Virus record (IMG/VR): IMGVR_UViG_3300025012_000017
Source: a virus
Direction: 5' to 3' (one strand)
Length of the DNA stretch: 48,620 bases
Shown: piece after piece, positions 1 to 9,466 of the stretch
Layout: each line of letters opens with the position of its first letter
How positions within the stretch are numbered: the first letter of the stretch is position 1
Position numbers and translations under genes: made by a program
The notes under the pieces: generated by a model
The model's database searches: none
What the model saw: the letters and a program-made list of their open reading frames with translations, nothing else
What the model was told of the DNA's origin: nothing

Positions 1-127
1 CAGCAGCCGCAGCAGCTACGAACGGCGCAGGTGGCTTTACGACAACCGATGGAACAAAGACGCTGACAAACACGACCCTGGATGCCAGCGGGACCGGGAA
101 CGTAGTCAAAGGCTTTGGCTACATCAC
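1..127. repeat. Exact 127-bp terminal overlap, copy 1 (assembly circularisation signature)
   Basis: nt 1-127 (CAGCAGCCGCAGCAGCTACG...GGCTTTGGCTACATCAC) are identical to nt 48494-48620. The overlap lies inside an open reading frame. Confidence 0.95.
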
Positions 128-614
128 GCTTGCCAACCCAAGCACCCTTGGCGGTGGCGTTACTCATCAGACCACGGCGACAGCAAGAGTTTACGGCCAA
201 GCCCTCTTCGCCAACGCGACCGACAAAGCTACGAACTATGTAGAGTACATCCTCGAAGTTCCCCGCGACCTGGATACTTCCGTTGCTCTTAAAGCCTATT
301 TCAAATTCAATCTTGGCGCTGCCGATACTGCCGATCACGACTATCTGATTTCTATGATAGATATCGCAGACTCAGCTGACAACACTACGGCAGTCGGTGA
401 CGAGGTGGCGCTTGACTATACCGCTGATGCTACCGGAGCTTCGGGAGATGTTGAAACCGCTGGCGGCAATGACTTGACCGGATGGGCCGCAGCACTCACG
501 CCGGGAAGCAAGTGGATTATCCGGGTAGCAAGAGATGGTGACAGCGCAACGGATGCCTCAACGGGTGATAGTTACAGCGGGCCGCTAACCATCCGTTACG
601 GCTTTACGCAGTAG
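1..614 (+). CDS. 3' part of the junction-spanning exported fibre/receptor-binding-like protein (651 aa in total)
   Basis: The frame of track ORF 354..614 is open back to nt 3 (AAAATNGAGGFTTTDGTKTL...). It is in phase with the frame starting at 47152 through the overlap: 1342+614 = 1956 nt = 652 codons. Stop TAG at 612-614. Confidence 0.8.
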   Translation, partial: AAAAATNGAGGFTTTDGTKTLTNTTLDASGTGNVVKGFGYITLANPSTLGGGVTHQTTATARVYGQALFANATDKATNYVEYILEVPRDLDTSVALKAYFKFNLGAADTADHDYLISMIDIADSADNTTAVGDEVALDYTADATGASGDVETAGGNDLTGWAAALTPGSKWIIRVARDGDSATDASTGDSYSGPLTIRYGFTQ

Positions 615-623
615 GGAGGAGAT

Positions 624-1454
624 ATGAACTTTGAACGCAAGCAGAAAATAGTCGATATGCTATCGCCGCTGATAGCGATTATCGTATTGGTTATCGCGGG
701 ATACGCCGTTGAAACGGCGGTGGCCGGGTTCGGGTATCAGGTGCAGATGGCGGGGTCGGTGCCGGCGGTTGGTGCATCCTACGCCTGCGATGCCTCAACA
801 GCAGATATTTGCGAGGATTGGGATGACGCGGACACGTTTCGCCTAACCTGGACCGATGTTACAGCGGGCGGCACAATCTCGGCGGCTGCACATTCTGGCA
901 CGTTATCCTGTACTGACAAGGGGTCACAGGCGATTACAGTTACCTACTCATCGCAGGCCGACCTTTACACCTCCACAAATCTCGGAAGCGCTCAAAATAC
1001 AGTTTACATCAATTTCTACTTCATCGTGACCGCGCACCCGAATATGGCTGCCGGAAACACTCAGGCGCTTTTAATTGGTAGTTCCGGCGCAAATGGTCAA
1101 TACCCAGGGCTAAAAATGCAGTTCAGAGAGGGGTCTGGTGATCAATTAGAAATTTCGGTGCATTACGACTCTACTCAAGTAGGAAGCTATGTGAGCATAG
1201 CCGACAATCAATGGTATCGACTTAGTGCGCTGTATTCTACAGATAACGTAGATGCCAATGGCAACGATGTTATCCGATGGTGGCTGGACGGCTCACAGCA
1301 AGCGGAAGTAACTAATGCCAATTTTATTCTAACGCGCCGTCCGCAATACTTCACCATATCCAACAACGCCGAGGTCGCGGGAAGCGTCGGTGTAAGTTTT
1401 CAGATAGACAACTTTGAAGTAGATTACGCCGAAATGCCAGCGGCTTGTCCGTAA
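624..1454 (+). CDS. Membrane-anchored protein with possible LamG/concanavalin-like jelly-roll domain
   Basis: RBS GGGAGGAG precedes the ATG. N-terminal hydrophobic helix LSPLIAIIVLVIAGYAV. The C-terminal part (NQWYRLSALY...IRWWLDGSQ) resembles the LamG-type pattern. Confidence 0.55.
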   Translation: MNFERKQKIVDMLSPLIAIIVLVIAGYAVETAVAGFGYQVQMAGSVPAVGASYACDASTADICEDWDDADTFRLTWTDVTAGGTISAAAHSGTLSCTDKGSQAITVTYSSQADLYTSTNLGSAQNTVYINFYFIVTAHPNMAAGNTQALLIGSSGANGQYPGLKMQFREGSGDQLEISVHYDSTQVGSYVSIADNQWYRLSALYSTDNVDANGNDVIRWWLDGSQQAEVTNANFILTRRPQYFTISNNAEVAGSVGVSFQIDNFEVDYAEMPAACP

Positions 1455-1460
1455 GGAGAG

Positions 1461-3368
1461 TTGATTTTGAAGAAAATCCTACCCATTACCTTGATACTGC
1501 TATGCTTGGCATCGGCAGCACACGCCGCTCCGGTGCTGTGTTTTACAGATTTGGTTGACGGCCCTAAAACCGGCCTTGGTGACGGCCTGGGCAGCGGGGC
1601 TATCGTGACCGTGTGGGGATGGAATCTTGGCAGTTCTCAAGGGGCTTCAACGATCACAATCGGCGGCGTTGCTCCAGCGTATGTTTACTATTGGGGCAAT
1701 GCGGACGGCGGGGCATCTGGCGGTGGCCCATCTGATTTATACTCCTATCACAAGATGCAAGAGATTTCCTTTTCCGTTCCTTCAGGAGTCGCGGACGGCT
1801 CTGTAAATATCCAAGTGACAGTTAGCGCGGTGGCATCGAATACCCTCCCATTTTATGTCCGAAGTGGAGAGATATTCTACGTTGCATCTGGTGGAAGTGG
1901 ATCAACCGGCTCTTGGGCAGCACCATTTGCATCGGTTACAGCCGCTATCGCAGATGCCGATTTTTCTATAGGTGATATTGTCTACATTAAAGACGATTAC
2001 ACCGAATCCGCAACAATTGGAGCTAATAAAGTTGGAACAAGTACAACGCGATGTGCCATTATTTCATATCCAGGCAGTCTATACCAAAACAGTAGCGGCA
2101 TAACATCGTATGCAGGTGGAACATCTATACACCCGTATTGGGTGCTATCGAAATTAAAAGTTTACAATAACTCCTCCCCAATAAGCATATCCGGACAATG
2201 GAGGATAATAGGGAATGAGATCACAGACAACACATCGGCAACTGGCGAAGGTGGAGCTGTTCTCGGTAGCGGAAATCCAGACTTTAACGGTGGGCTGGTG
2301 GGTGCCACAGATGGCCCTGTAGTATGCTATGGTAACTACATTCATGATTTTGGATATGCGGGAACCTCATTCAAGCACCATGTTTTTTATATATCAAACA
2401 GAGGAAGACGAACAGTAGAGGCCGATGACGGTAATTGCTACGAGTGCATACTGGACCACACTTCAAGCAGTGTAAATAAACCGTATAATGGGTCTGGTTC
2501 TTGGCAGACATATTGGGCTGCGTCATCTATGGGTGCGGATTATTGTCCATCGTGGGCTACCAGCACAAATTATGATGATGGAAAAATTTACACTTTTGAG
2601 CTTGGGTGGAACTATCTTTTGAATAATGGGGCCAGAAATGGGTTGCACATATATGACGAGCATCAATGCGGGGATTACCTCGGAACAATAGGCGTACATC
2701 ATAACGCAGTTATAAATCAGGCTGGGGCCTCTGTAGCAGTTGGAACACTTGGAGTCTATAACGCCGAGGATGATCCGTGCATATCTGCACCTGTGAATGT
2801 ATATAATAATATCGTAGTAAAATCAGGGCAATCACCGCATAGTGGATACACAGGGTTCAATATCTACGGTCAAAAAATGACGAGTCAAGTCAATGTCTAT
2901 AATAACACTCTTTATGGGTACGTAGGGAGCGAGGCCCACATGGATGTAAATGGTCCTGGTGGCTTGGCTGACTACGACTTTGCTGGTACCTGGAACTGCG
3001 TAAACAACATATTTTTCGATACCGATAACAAATATTGGACGCTCGATGGGTACGTTAGCAAGACTCCATCGCTGTTTGCTGACACCGTATTTTATGATGG
3101 CGGAGACAACAATCCAGTATCACCGCCAGCATGGGCCACCGGAGCGGTTGAGTCAGACCCGCTTTTCACCAACGCAGCCGCGAACGACTTCACCTTGCAA
3201 GCTGGCTCTCCAGCGCTAAATATTGGCGCGGCCCCACTCTCCGGTGCGCCGTTTTCTGGCTACGGAATCGATGGATCGATTCTTGACGCCGACATAGGGG
3301 CGTATGGGGAAAGCGGCACGGCACAGACAACCCGCAGTATGGGCGCGAAGCCTGGGTTGCTGCCGTAG
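1461..3368 (+). CDS. Secreted IPT/TIG-like + right-handed beta-helix protein (putative polysaccharide depolymerase / tailspike-like)
   Basis: Classical Sec signal peptide KKILPITLILLCLASAAHA. Ig-like segment ITIGGVAPAYVYYW...VNIQVTV. Then N/G/Y-rich repeats typical of parallel beta-helix proteins (VYNNIVV, VYNNTLYG, CVNNIFF). A TTG start at 1461 or, better spaced from AAGGAG, at 1467. Confidence 0.6.
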   Translation: MILKKILPITLILLCLASAAHAAPVLCFTDLVDGPKTGLGDGLGSGAIVTVWGWNLGSSQGASTITIGGVAPAYVYYWGNADGGASGGGPSDLYSYHKMQEISFSVPSGVADGSVNIQVTVSAVASNTLPFYVRSGEIFYVASGGSGSTGSWAAPFASVTAAIADADFSIGDIVYIKDDYTESATIGANKVGTSTTRCAIISYPGSLYQNSSGITSYAGGTSIHPYWVLSKLKVYNNSSPISISGQWRIIGNEITDNTSATGEGGAVLGSGNPDFNGGLVGATDGPVVCYGNYIHDFGYAGTSFKHHVFYISNRGRRTVEADDGNCYECILDHTSSSVNKPYNGSGSWQTYWAASSMGADYCPSWATSTNYDDGKIYTFELGWNYLLNNGARNGLHIYDEHQCGDYLGTIGVHHNAVINQAGASVAVGTLGVYNAEDDPCISAPVNVYNNIVVKSGQSPHSGYTGFNIYGQKMTSQVNVYNNTLYGYVGSEAHMDVNGPGGLADYDFAGTWNCVNNIFFDTDNKYWTLDGYVSKTPSLFADTVFYDGGDNNPVSPPAWATGAVESDPLFTNAAANDFTLQAGSPALNIGAAPLSGAPFSGYGIDGSILDADIGAYGESGTAQTTRSMGAKPGLLP

Positions 3369-3408
3369 AGCCGGAATGAATGTGAACGCATCTTGAGAGG
3401 AAACAAGA

Positions 3409-3654
3409 ATGGGATTAGACAAACTGAGTGACATGCAGATTAAGTTTCTTCAGTGGCTTGTCGGGATTCTCCTGGCAGTTCTCTCCATCTCAGGAGCGTG
3501 GTCGATGAGCCAGATATATCAGCTTAAGTGCGATCTGCCAAGAGAGTATGTCCTTCTAGAGCGCTATAACACTGACCAGGACCTGAAAGATAAAACACTT
3601 GACAGAATAGACAAGAAGCTTGACAGACTGATCGAACGGAGACAGGGAGACTAG
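3409..3654 (+). CDS. Single-pass membrane protein with coiled-coil tail (holin/spanin-like candidate)
   Basis: RBS GAGAGG. TM segment WLVGILLAVLSISGAWSM. Charged C-terminal tail. Confidence 0.45.
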   Translation: MGLDKLSDMQIKFLQWLVGILLAVLSISGAWSMSQIYQLKCDLPREYVLLERYNTDQDLKDKTLDRIDKKLDRLIERRQGD

Positions 3655-3657
3655 AAG

Positions 3658-3861
3658 ATGTCTCAGGATCGTGTCAAAATACTCAGGCAGATTCTGGAAG
3701 CTATTGAAGTCAAGTGCGGTACTTGTCCAATAGTAAGTACTTGGTATTGTAACAGTGGCTGTTTACTACCGGCAGCTAAAACGATTGCTGAGTTTGAACT
3801 GAAAGATCTTGGAGAATACATAGGAGGAAGAAGAGATGGAGAATTTAGGAATCACGACTGA
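3658..3861 (+). CDS. Small Cys-rich hypothetical protein
   Basis: RBS GGGAGA. 67 aa with CGTC...C..GC. Confidence 0.45.
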   Translation: MSQDRVKILRQILEAIEVKCGTCPIVSTWYCNSGCLLPAAKTIAEFELKDLGEYIGGRRDGEFRNHD

Positions 3862-4003
3862 CAATGTTGACGTTATAATCCTGGCTGCGATTGCAATCCT
3901 GGACTTGGTGGCGGGGCAAATTCCTGACAAGTTTGTCAACTACGTTGGAGTTGCCAGGAGAGTTCTTTCCTTCATCTCTCTTGGTAGAAAAGCCAAGAAG
4001 TAA
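3836..4003 (+). CDS. Small membrane protein, 55 aa (holin-like candidate; below the ORF-track size cut-off)
   Basis: ATG at 3836 lies 8 nt after AGGAGG (3822-3827). Translation MENLGITTDNVDVIILAAIAILDLVAGQIP...GRKAKK has a hydrophobic core and basic tail. TAA at 4001-4003. Confidence 0.5.
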   Translation: MENLGITTDNVDVIILAAIAILDLVAGQIPDKFVNYVGVARRVLSFISLGRKAKK

Positions 4004-4027
4004 CACCAACCACCTGTCCTTCACAAA

Positions 4028-4144
4028 ATGAAAAGGTACTGGAGCATGGGAAAGAAACTTCGGGACGAGATGATCAGGAAGGCACTTGAAGAAGACTTGA
4101 AAGAGAAGAAAGCCAAAGCAGCTAAAGGAAAGAAAAAGTCTTGA
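4028..4144 (+). CDS. Possible 38-aa Lys-rich peptide
   Basis: ATG 4028 to TGA 4142-4144, which overlaps the terL TTG start. No clear RBS. Confidence 0.2.
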   Translation: MKRYWSMGKKLRDEMIRKALEEDLKEKKAKAAKGKKKS

Positions 4145-5646
4145 ACAAGAGCATCCTAGATAAACTAAAAGCCTGGCATGACAGTCCCTTACTCTTTGTC
4201 ATGGAGGCCTTTGACTGGAGCAAGGTGCCGAAGAACGGTCCTTCGAAGCAGCAGCTAGATGGCCTTGCGAAGCTGGGAGAGAACAAGAGAATCTCCATTC
4301 GCTCGGGGCATGGAACTGGGAAAGATGCCTTCGCTTCCTGGGCTATCTGGTGGTTTATGACGACCAGGCCTTACCCGAAAGTTGCCTGCACCGCGCCAAC
4401 AGCGCATCAGCTTTCTGACGTTCTCTGGTCCGAGCTTCACAAGTGGTACCGGATGTCTATCTTCCAGGACGAGTTTGTAGTCCAGAAGGACAAGATCTTC
4501 CACAAAGACGCTCCGAAAGAGTGGTGGTGCCGTGCAATTTCCCCTAGTGCTAAAGCGTCAAAAGAGGAGCAAGCAGAGACACTTGCTGGCCTTCACGCTG
4601 AGCATCTTCTTATTGTTGTTGACGAGGCTTCTGGTGTGGTTGATCCAGTCTATGTTCCACTCGAAGGAGCTATGACGCAGGAGGACAATAGAAGTCTCCT
4701 GATCGGAAACCCGACGAAGAACACAGGGTACTTTCACGAGACACACTTTGACCCGAAGCTGAGCAAGAGCTGGACTAAATTGCATTGGGACTCTAGGAAG
4801 AGCGAGAACGTCTCTCCAGAGATGATCGAGTATTTCAGAAACAAGTACGGGGAGGGAACAAATGTCTGGAGAATTCGTGTTGAAGGAAATCCCCCTCTTG
4901 ATGATGATAATACTTATATTCCTCTGTCTTGGTCGCAACAGTGTGTTGGAAATATCGTGGAAGTTGACCCTGAGTGGCCTACTTATCTGGGCGTGGACGT
5001 GGCTCGTTATGGGGACGATGACTCTGTGATCTTGCCCAGGCAAGGGATGAGGATAGATCCTTGGATCACTTACAACGGGATGAATACTATTGAACTGGCA
5101 CAGCGGATTATCATCCCCTTCACGGACAACGAAGCTGACGGAGTTGGTATAGATGAGATAGGTGTTGGTGGTGGAGTGATTGACTGGCACCATCAAGACA
5201 CCAGGGGTCTCGGCCGAAGAATCGTCCAGCCGGTCAACACCACCTGGGCGTCCAGTGCGCCAGAGAAATACTTCAGACTTCGGGACGAGCTCTGGGGGAT
5301 TATGCGAGAGAATTGTATGCATTCTCGTTATAGTTTTCCTGACGTTGAAGTGACACTCAAGGGGATGACGCTGAACCTGGGTCAGGAACTTGCGAATGAA
5401 CTGGCCTCCCTCCGCTACGGCTTCAAAGGAAGCGCTATCAAAGTCGAATCAAAAGAGGACGCCAAGAAACGCGGCATTGACTCTCCGAATATCGCAGATG
5501 CTCTTGCTATCACGGAATATTTCTATCTCTTCTCGCAGCATGTGTGGGGAAAGGTCAAGAAGGACAAAGAGAAGAAAAAGAGAAGAAGTCTTCCTGGGAC
5601 AGGAATCCTAGCTTCCATCAAGAAACATTCTTGGACTGGAGTATAG
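4141..5646 (+). CDS. terL: Terminase large subunit
   Basis: Walker A SGHGTGKD. Walker B LLIVVDEASG. RNaseH-like nuclease motif LGVDVARYGDDDSV. Sits immediately upstream of the portal gene. TTG start is tentative. Confidence 0.9.
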   Translation: MNKSILDKLKAWHDSPLLFVMEAFDWSKVPKNGPSKQQLDGLAKLGENKRISIRSGHGTGKDAFASWAIWWFMTTRPYPKVACTAPTAHQLSDVLWSELHKWYRMSIFQDEFVVQKDKIFHKDAPKEWWCRAISPSAKASKEEQAETLAGLHAEHLLIVVDEASGVVDPVYVPLEGAMTQEDNRSLLIGNPTKNTGYFHETHFDPKLSKSWTKLHWDSRKSENVSPEMIEYFRNKYGEGTNVWRIRVEGNPPLDDDNTYIPLSWSQQCVGNIVEVDPEWPTYLGVDVARYGDDDSVILPRQGMRIDPWITYNGMNTIELAQRIIIPFTDNEADGVGIDEIGVGGGVIDWHHQDTRGLGRRIVQPVNTTWASSAPEKYFRLRDELWGIMRENCMHSRYSFPDVEVTLKGMTLNLGQELANELASLRYGFKGSAIKVESKEDAKKRGIDSPNIADALAITEYFYLFSQHVWGKVKKDKEKKKRRSLPGTGILASIKKHSWTGV

Positions 5647-5647
5647 A

Positions 5648-7525
5648 ATGGTAGAATCCACGACTGACAAGGAACACGAGAAGATCCTGCAATGGCTGAG
5701 GGACTGTGAAGCTAGTACCCCGGAGTCCGAGTACAGGAAGAAGTCCATCGAGAGCTACGAGTTCTATGCTGGCACACAGGATACTAAGGAAGTCATAGAG
5801 CTTCTCGAAGCACAGAACAGGCCCTATCCTGTCTTCAACGAGACTAAGCCAAAGGTGGATATGCTCGTTGGTATGGCAGCACAGGCTCCTACCACGTCAG
5901 TCGCTGTTCCTGTCGGAGCTGAGGACGAGGCTTTGACTGAGGTGATGAACGGAGTTCTCTTTCACTATCAGAAGAAGCTAGAAATCACCAGGAAGAGAAA
6001 CAAATGCTTCGAGCATACCTGCAAATCAGGACGGAGCCTTCACTGGTTCTGGATAGATGACAGCAATCCATTTAAGTATGCCATCAAGAGCAAACGCTGG
6101 CGTGGCGACCAGTTCTATCTCGACCCAAATGCTGTCACGATGAACCTGACAAACGATGGGGACCATAGGTTCATCTTCCTGGAGAAGTGGGTTTCGGAAG
6201 AAGAGCTTGCTAGGAGAGTTCCGGAGGGACATAACGTTGAGGAACTGAAGGACACGGCAACAGGGACTGATGGGCTCTCTTTCTGGAACGAAGCGCGGGA
6301 TCTCTATCGACTGATGGAGTGCTGGTATTTCAGGTTGCTCGAGACTTACTGGTTTATCAACCCGATCTCTGGAAGAGAAGAAGGTTTAATCAAAGAGGAC
6401 TTCCAGAATTTCAAGAAGGCCGTCATCCAGGGAATCCCGCTGGACCAGCAGGGGCAGCAGCTTTTCCAGATGACAGCGGAGCAGTTCCAGGAGTGGGAAG
6501 TTTCTTCCGTTAAGAAGAGCTTCAAGAAATGGGTCTACTACACCATCTTCTCAGGAGGAATTGTCATCGTCAGGGAGAAGAGCCCATTGAACTGGGATGG
6601 TTTCCCGGGGATTCTCTACGGGGCTTACAAGGATGATAATAACAACACCTGGCTTTCAGTGATTGAAACTATCAAGGACCCTCAGAGAAGCTTGAACACA
6701 CTGATGAGGCAGTTGGTTTACTTGCTGCAGACGCTACCGAAAGGAATCTTGCTCCACGAAACCGGGGCTATCATAGACATCGAGCGATACGAGCAGCACA
6801 GTGCAGAGCCTAACTTCCACATGGAAATTGCTCGCGGGATGATCGAGAAGGTGAAGTTCCAGACCCAGGGAGCGATCTCTCAGGTGTATCAGCAACTGAT
6901 CGGGATCTTCCTGAACGCTATCAAGAGCGCATCTGGAATCCATGATGACTTGATGGGGATTGAGACCTCTTCCAGGGAAGCAACGAGCACTCTTCGAGCA
7001 AGGCAGCAAACAAGCTTCGCTGTTCTCTATGTTCTCTTTGACAACTTTAGGATCTCACGCTTTAGAGAAACCAAGCTCCTCTTGACCTTGATCCAGCAAT
7101 ACGTCACAGAGCCAGAGTGGATCAGAATCACCGGGCAGAAGGGCATCCAAGTAATGCAGATCAACAGTCAGATTAACCCAGGAAGCCAGGGCTTCAATGA
7201 TGTCACAGCAATCGAGTACGACATCGAGGCTGACGAGATCACGGAGACGACTTCTATCAGGATGATGATCGCAGCGTTGTTAGCAGAATTTGCTCATAAC
7301 AACCCAAACACTATTCCTCCGACAGTAATGCTTGAGTACATGAACATTCCCTTTAGTGTCAAGCAGCAAGTACAAGCCTATTGGGAGCAGCAACAAAAGC
7401 TGCAACAGGAGCAAGCTGATAGAGAATATCAACTTCAGCTTCTGCAGATGGGCGTCCAGGTAGACGCTAATAAACAGAAAGCAAAGGAGAAAACCAATGA
7501 CAGAAGCAGCAGAAGTAAAGATTGA
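5648..7525 (+). CDS. Portal protein
   Basis: 625 aa. Located directly after terL and before the scaffold and capsid genes. RBS GGAG. Confidence 0.75.
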   Translation: MVESTTDKEHEKILQWLRDCEASTPESEYRKKSIESYEFYAGTQDTKEVIELLEAQNRPYPVFNETKPKVDMLVGMAAQAPTTSVAVPVGAEDEALTEVMNGVLFHYQKKLEITRKRNKCFEHTCKSGRSLHWFWIDDSNPFKYAIKSKRWRGDQFYLDPNAVTMNLTNDGDHRFIFLEKWVSEEELARRVPEGHNVEELKDTATGTDGLSFWNEARDLYRLMECWYFRLLETYWFINPISGREEGLIKEDFQNFKKAVIQGIPLDQQGQQLFQMTAEQFQEWEVSSVKKSFKKWVYYTIFSGGIVIVREKSPLNWDGFPGILYGAYKDDNNNTWLSVIETIKDPQRSLNTLMRQLVYLLQTLPKGILLHETGAIIDIERYEQHSAEPNFHMEIARGMIEKVKFQTQGAISQVYQQLIGIFLNAIKSASGIHDDLMGIETSSREATSTLRARQQTSFAVLYVLFDNFRISRFRETKLLLTLIQQYVTEPEWIRITGQKGIQVMQINSQINPGSQGFNDVTAIEYDIEADEITETTSIRMMIAALLAEFAHNNPNTIPPTVMLEYMNIPFSVKQQVQAYWEQQQKLQQEQADREYQLQLLQMGVQVDANKQKAKEKTNDRSSRSKD

Positions 7526-8351
7526 AGAAGGTGAGTTGGAGAGTGCGTTGGCTGGGAAGATTGGAGGCAGTGAAGAAGACGACAAACCTGCCGATCCTCC
7601 TGTTGACGAGAAGAAGGAACCTGAGACGCCAAAGGACGAGGGTCCCTCAGAACTGGATCAGCTCAAGCAGAGCAACGAAGAGTTGCGCCAGCTAATGCTA
7701 GAGCAGAAGCGACAGAACGCAAGATTGGAGAGCAGGCTCAACAGGCTTTCAAGACCAAAGACTGTAGAGAAAGAACCAGTCGAAGACGACGAGGACGAGG
7801 ACGAGGTAAAGCCGAAGGCTAAGACTGAAGCAAAGCCTTCAGAGGTCGAGACCCTGGAGCAAGAGGTCAAGGCCATTCATGACAGCAAGGATAGCATCTT
7901 CGACATGCAGCTGGACGTTATGTCCGAGAGTAAGCGATATAGCGATGTCCTGGAAGTTTGTTCTGACAGTCACATCTCAGACATCCTGGACGCAGCCACG
8001 AAACAGGTAGCAAAGGATCAGAACATGGACTACCATACTGCTTCCCTCTCCGTCGAGAAGTTTGTGTGGAGTCAGAAAAATCCTTATAAATATCTCTATG
8101 GTCTCATCAAGGAGTACCATCCCAAGTTCGTCAAGAAGGCTGGCCAAGACACGAGCGCAGCAGGAAAGACCGACGCGGGAAAAGAGAAAGAGAAACCCAA
8201 AGCACCGAGCAGCATTGCTTCTGTGCAAGATGACGGAAAGGTAAAGGGCGCGGGGTGGACGTCAGCAAAGATCGACGCCATGCCCGAGACTGAACTGCAC
8301 AAGGTTCCAGAAGATATCTACCAGAAATACCTTGCAAACGAGCTTGACTAG
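7497..8351 (+). CDS. Scaffolding protein
   Basis: Highly acidic, coiled-coil, E/K/D-rich 284-aa protein between portal and major capsid genes. RBS AAGGAG. Confidence 0.6.
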   Translation: MTEAAEVKIEEGELESALAGKIGGSEEDDKPADPPVDEKKEPETPKDEGPSELDQLKQSNEELRQLMLEQKRQNARLESRLNRLSRPKTVEKEPVEDDEDEDEVKPKAKTEAKPSEVETLEQEVKAIHDSKDSIFDMQLDVMSESKRYSDVLEVCSDSHISDILDAATKQVAKDQNMDYHTASLSVEKFVWSQKNPYKYLYGLIKEYHPKFVKKAGQDTSAAGKTDAGKEKEKPKAPSSIASVQDDGKVKGAGWTSAKIDAMPETELHKVPEDIYQKYLANELD

Positions 8352-8364
8352 AAAGGGGATTTAA

Positions 8365-9447
8365 ATGTCTACACCGAAAACCAAGATCTTGACGAATGAT
8401 GCCTTGACCAGGAAGAAATGGGCAAGAGATCTTTTCTCCGTGATTCTTCCTGGGGTTGAATTCAACTACCTGACCGGGACGGGAAAAGATGCTGTGGTCC
8501 AGATTAACACGGACCTCTCCAAGGGCGAGGGTGACGAAGTGACCTTCGGCATCCGGCTGCCTTTGACCGGCACTGGCGTTGTCGGAGATGCTACCATCGA
8601 GGGGAACGAAGAAAAGCTGACCTTCCGGAACTTCAAGCTGACCATCGAAGAGCTGAATCATGCTGTCGATACTGGCGGCAAGATGGAAGAGCAACGGATT
8701 CCTTACGACTTGATGAAAGAGGGCAAAGACGGTCTTCAGGAATGGTGGATCGGAAAGCTGAATGGCTTGCTCATCAACACCCTGATGGGGAACTCGGCTT
8801 ATACTTTCTGTGGGCGCCTGATGTCTGCGGCAGCGACTGCCTTCGCCAATGTCATCTCTGAGCCTACCAGCAACCACCACATGTTCCCGAACGGGAAGAC
8901 TGCTGAATCTGGCCTGACCGCAGCTGACACCATCGACCTGACGTTCCTGGATGCCATGAAGCAGCGCGCGGAGATCCCGCTCACCAACAGCTTCAAGATT
9001 CGCCCGTTGAAGCTGAAAGGGAAGAACTACTACCGCGTCCTGATGCACAACTACATGTTCGACATGCTGCGGCAGAACACGAACCCTGGACAGTGGGGTG
9101 ACTTGCGCCGGGCTGCCGGGCAGTTCGCGATGCCAGAGGTCGAGATCGAGTACAACGGAATGCTGGTCACAAAGTCTGAGTATGTCCCGCGTACCGTTGC
9201 TGGTTCCACGGACTACGAAGGTGTCTACCGTTGCGCTCTCCTGGGTGCTCAGGCAGCCGTTTGGGCCTGGGGTGGTGCCGGGGACAGCAAGTCTACTACC
9301 ATGTCTTTCGTGCCTTACACTAAGGATGCCAACCGCTTCATGATGGTTCGCGGTGGCGGTATCTTCGGCATGGAAGCAGTTTCTTTCACGACCTCTGGTG
9401 ACTACGGTCGTGTGATCGGTTCTCTGTGGGCGAAGAAACTTGATTAA
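8365..9447 (+). CDS. Major capsid protein (resembles the N4 gp56 / DUF4043 type)
   Basis: 360 aa at the canonical position. N-terminal pattern KKWARDLF...GKDAVVQINTDLSKGEGDEVTFGIRLPLTGTGVVGDATIEGNEEKL matches my memory of N4 gp56-family capsid proteins. Confidence 0.75.
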   Translation: MSTPKTKILTNDALTRKKWARDLFSVILPGVEFNYLTGTGKDAVVQINTDLSKGEGDEVTFGIRLPLTGTGVVGDATIEGNEEKLTFRNFKLTIEELNHAVDTGGKMEEQRIPYDLMKEGKDGLQEWWIGKLNGLLINTLMGNSAYTFCGRLMSAAATAFANVISEPTSNHHMFPNGKTAESGLTAADTIDLTFLDAMKQRAEIPLTNSFKIRPLKLKGKNYYRVLMHNYMFDMLRQNTNPGQWGDLRRAAGQFAMPEVEIEYNGMLVTKSEYVPRTVAGSTDYEGVYRCALLGAQAAVWAWGGAGDSKSTTMSFVPYTKDANRFMMVRGGGIFGMEAVSFTTSGDYGRVIGSLWAKKLD

Positions 9448-9466
9448 CATTTAAGGAGAAAAGCAA

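Noticed and set aside
4558-5322. 254-aa minus-strand ORF inside terL
   Set aside because: Shadow ORF opposite a gene with clear terminase motifs.
8131-9450. 439-aa ORF on the minus strand
   Set aside because: It is antisense to the well-supported major capsid gene (8365..9447). It has no RBS and an Arg/Pro/His-rich shadow-frame composition.
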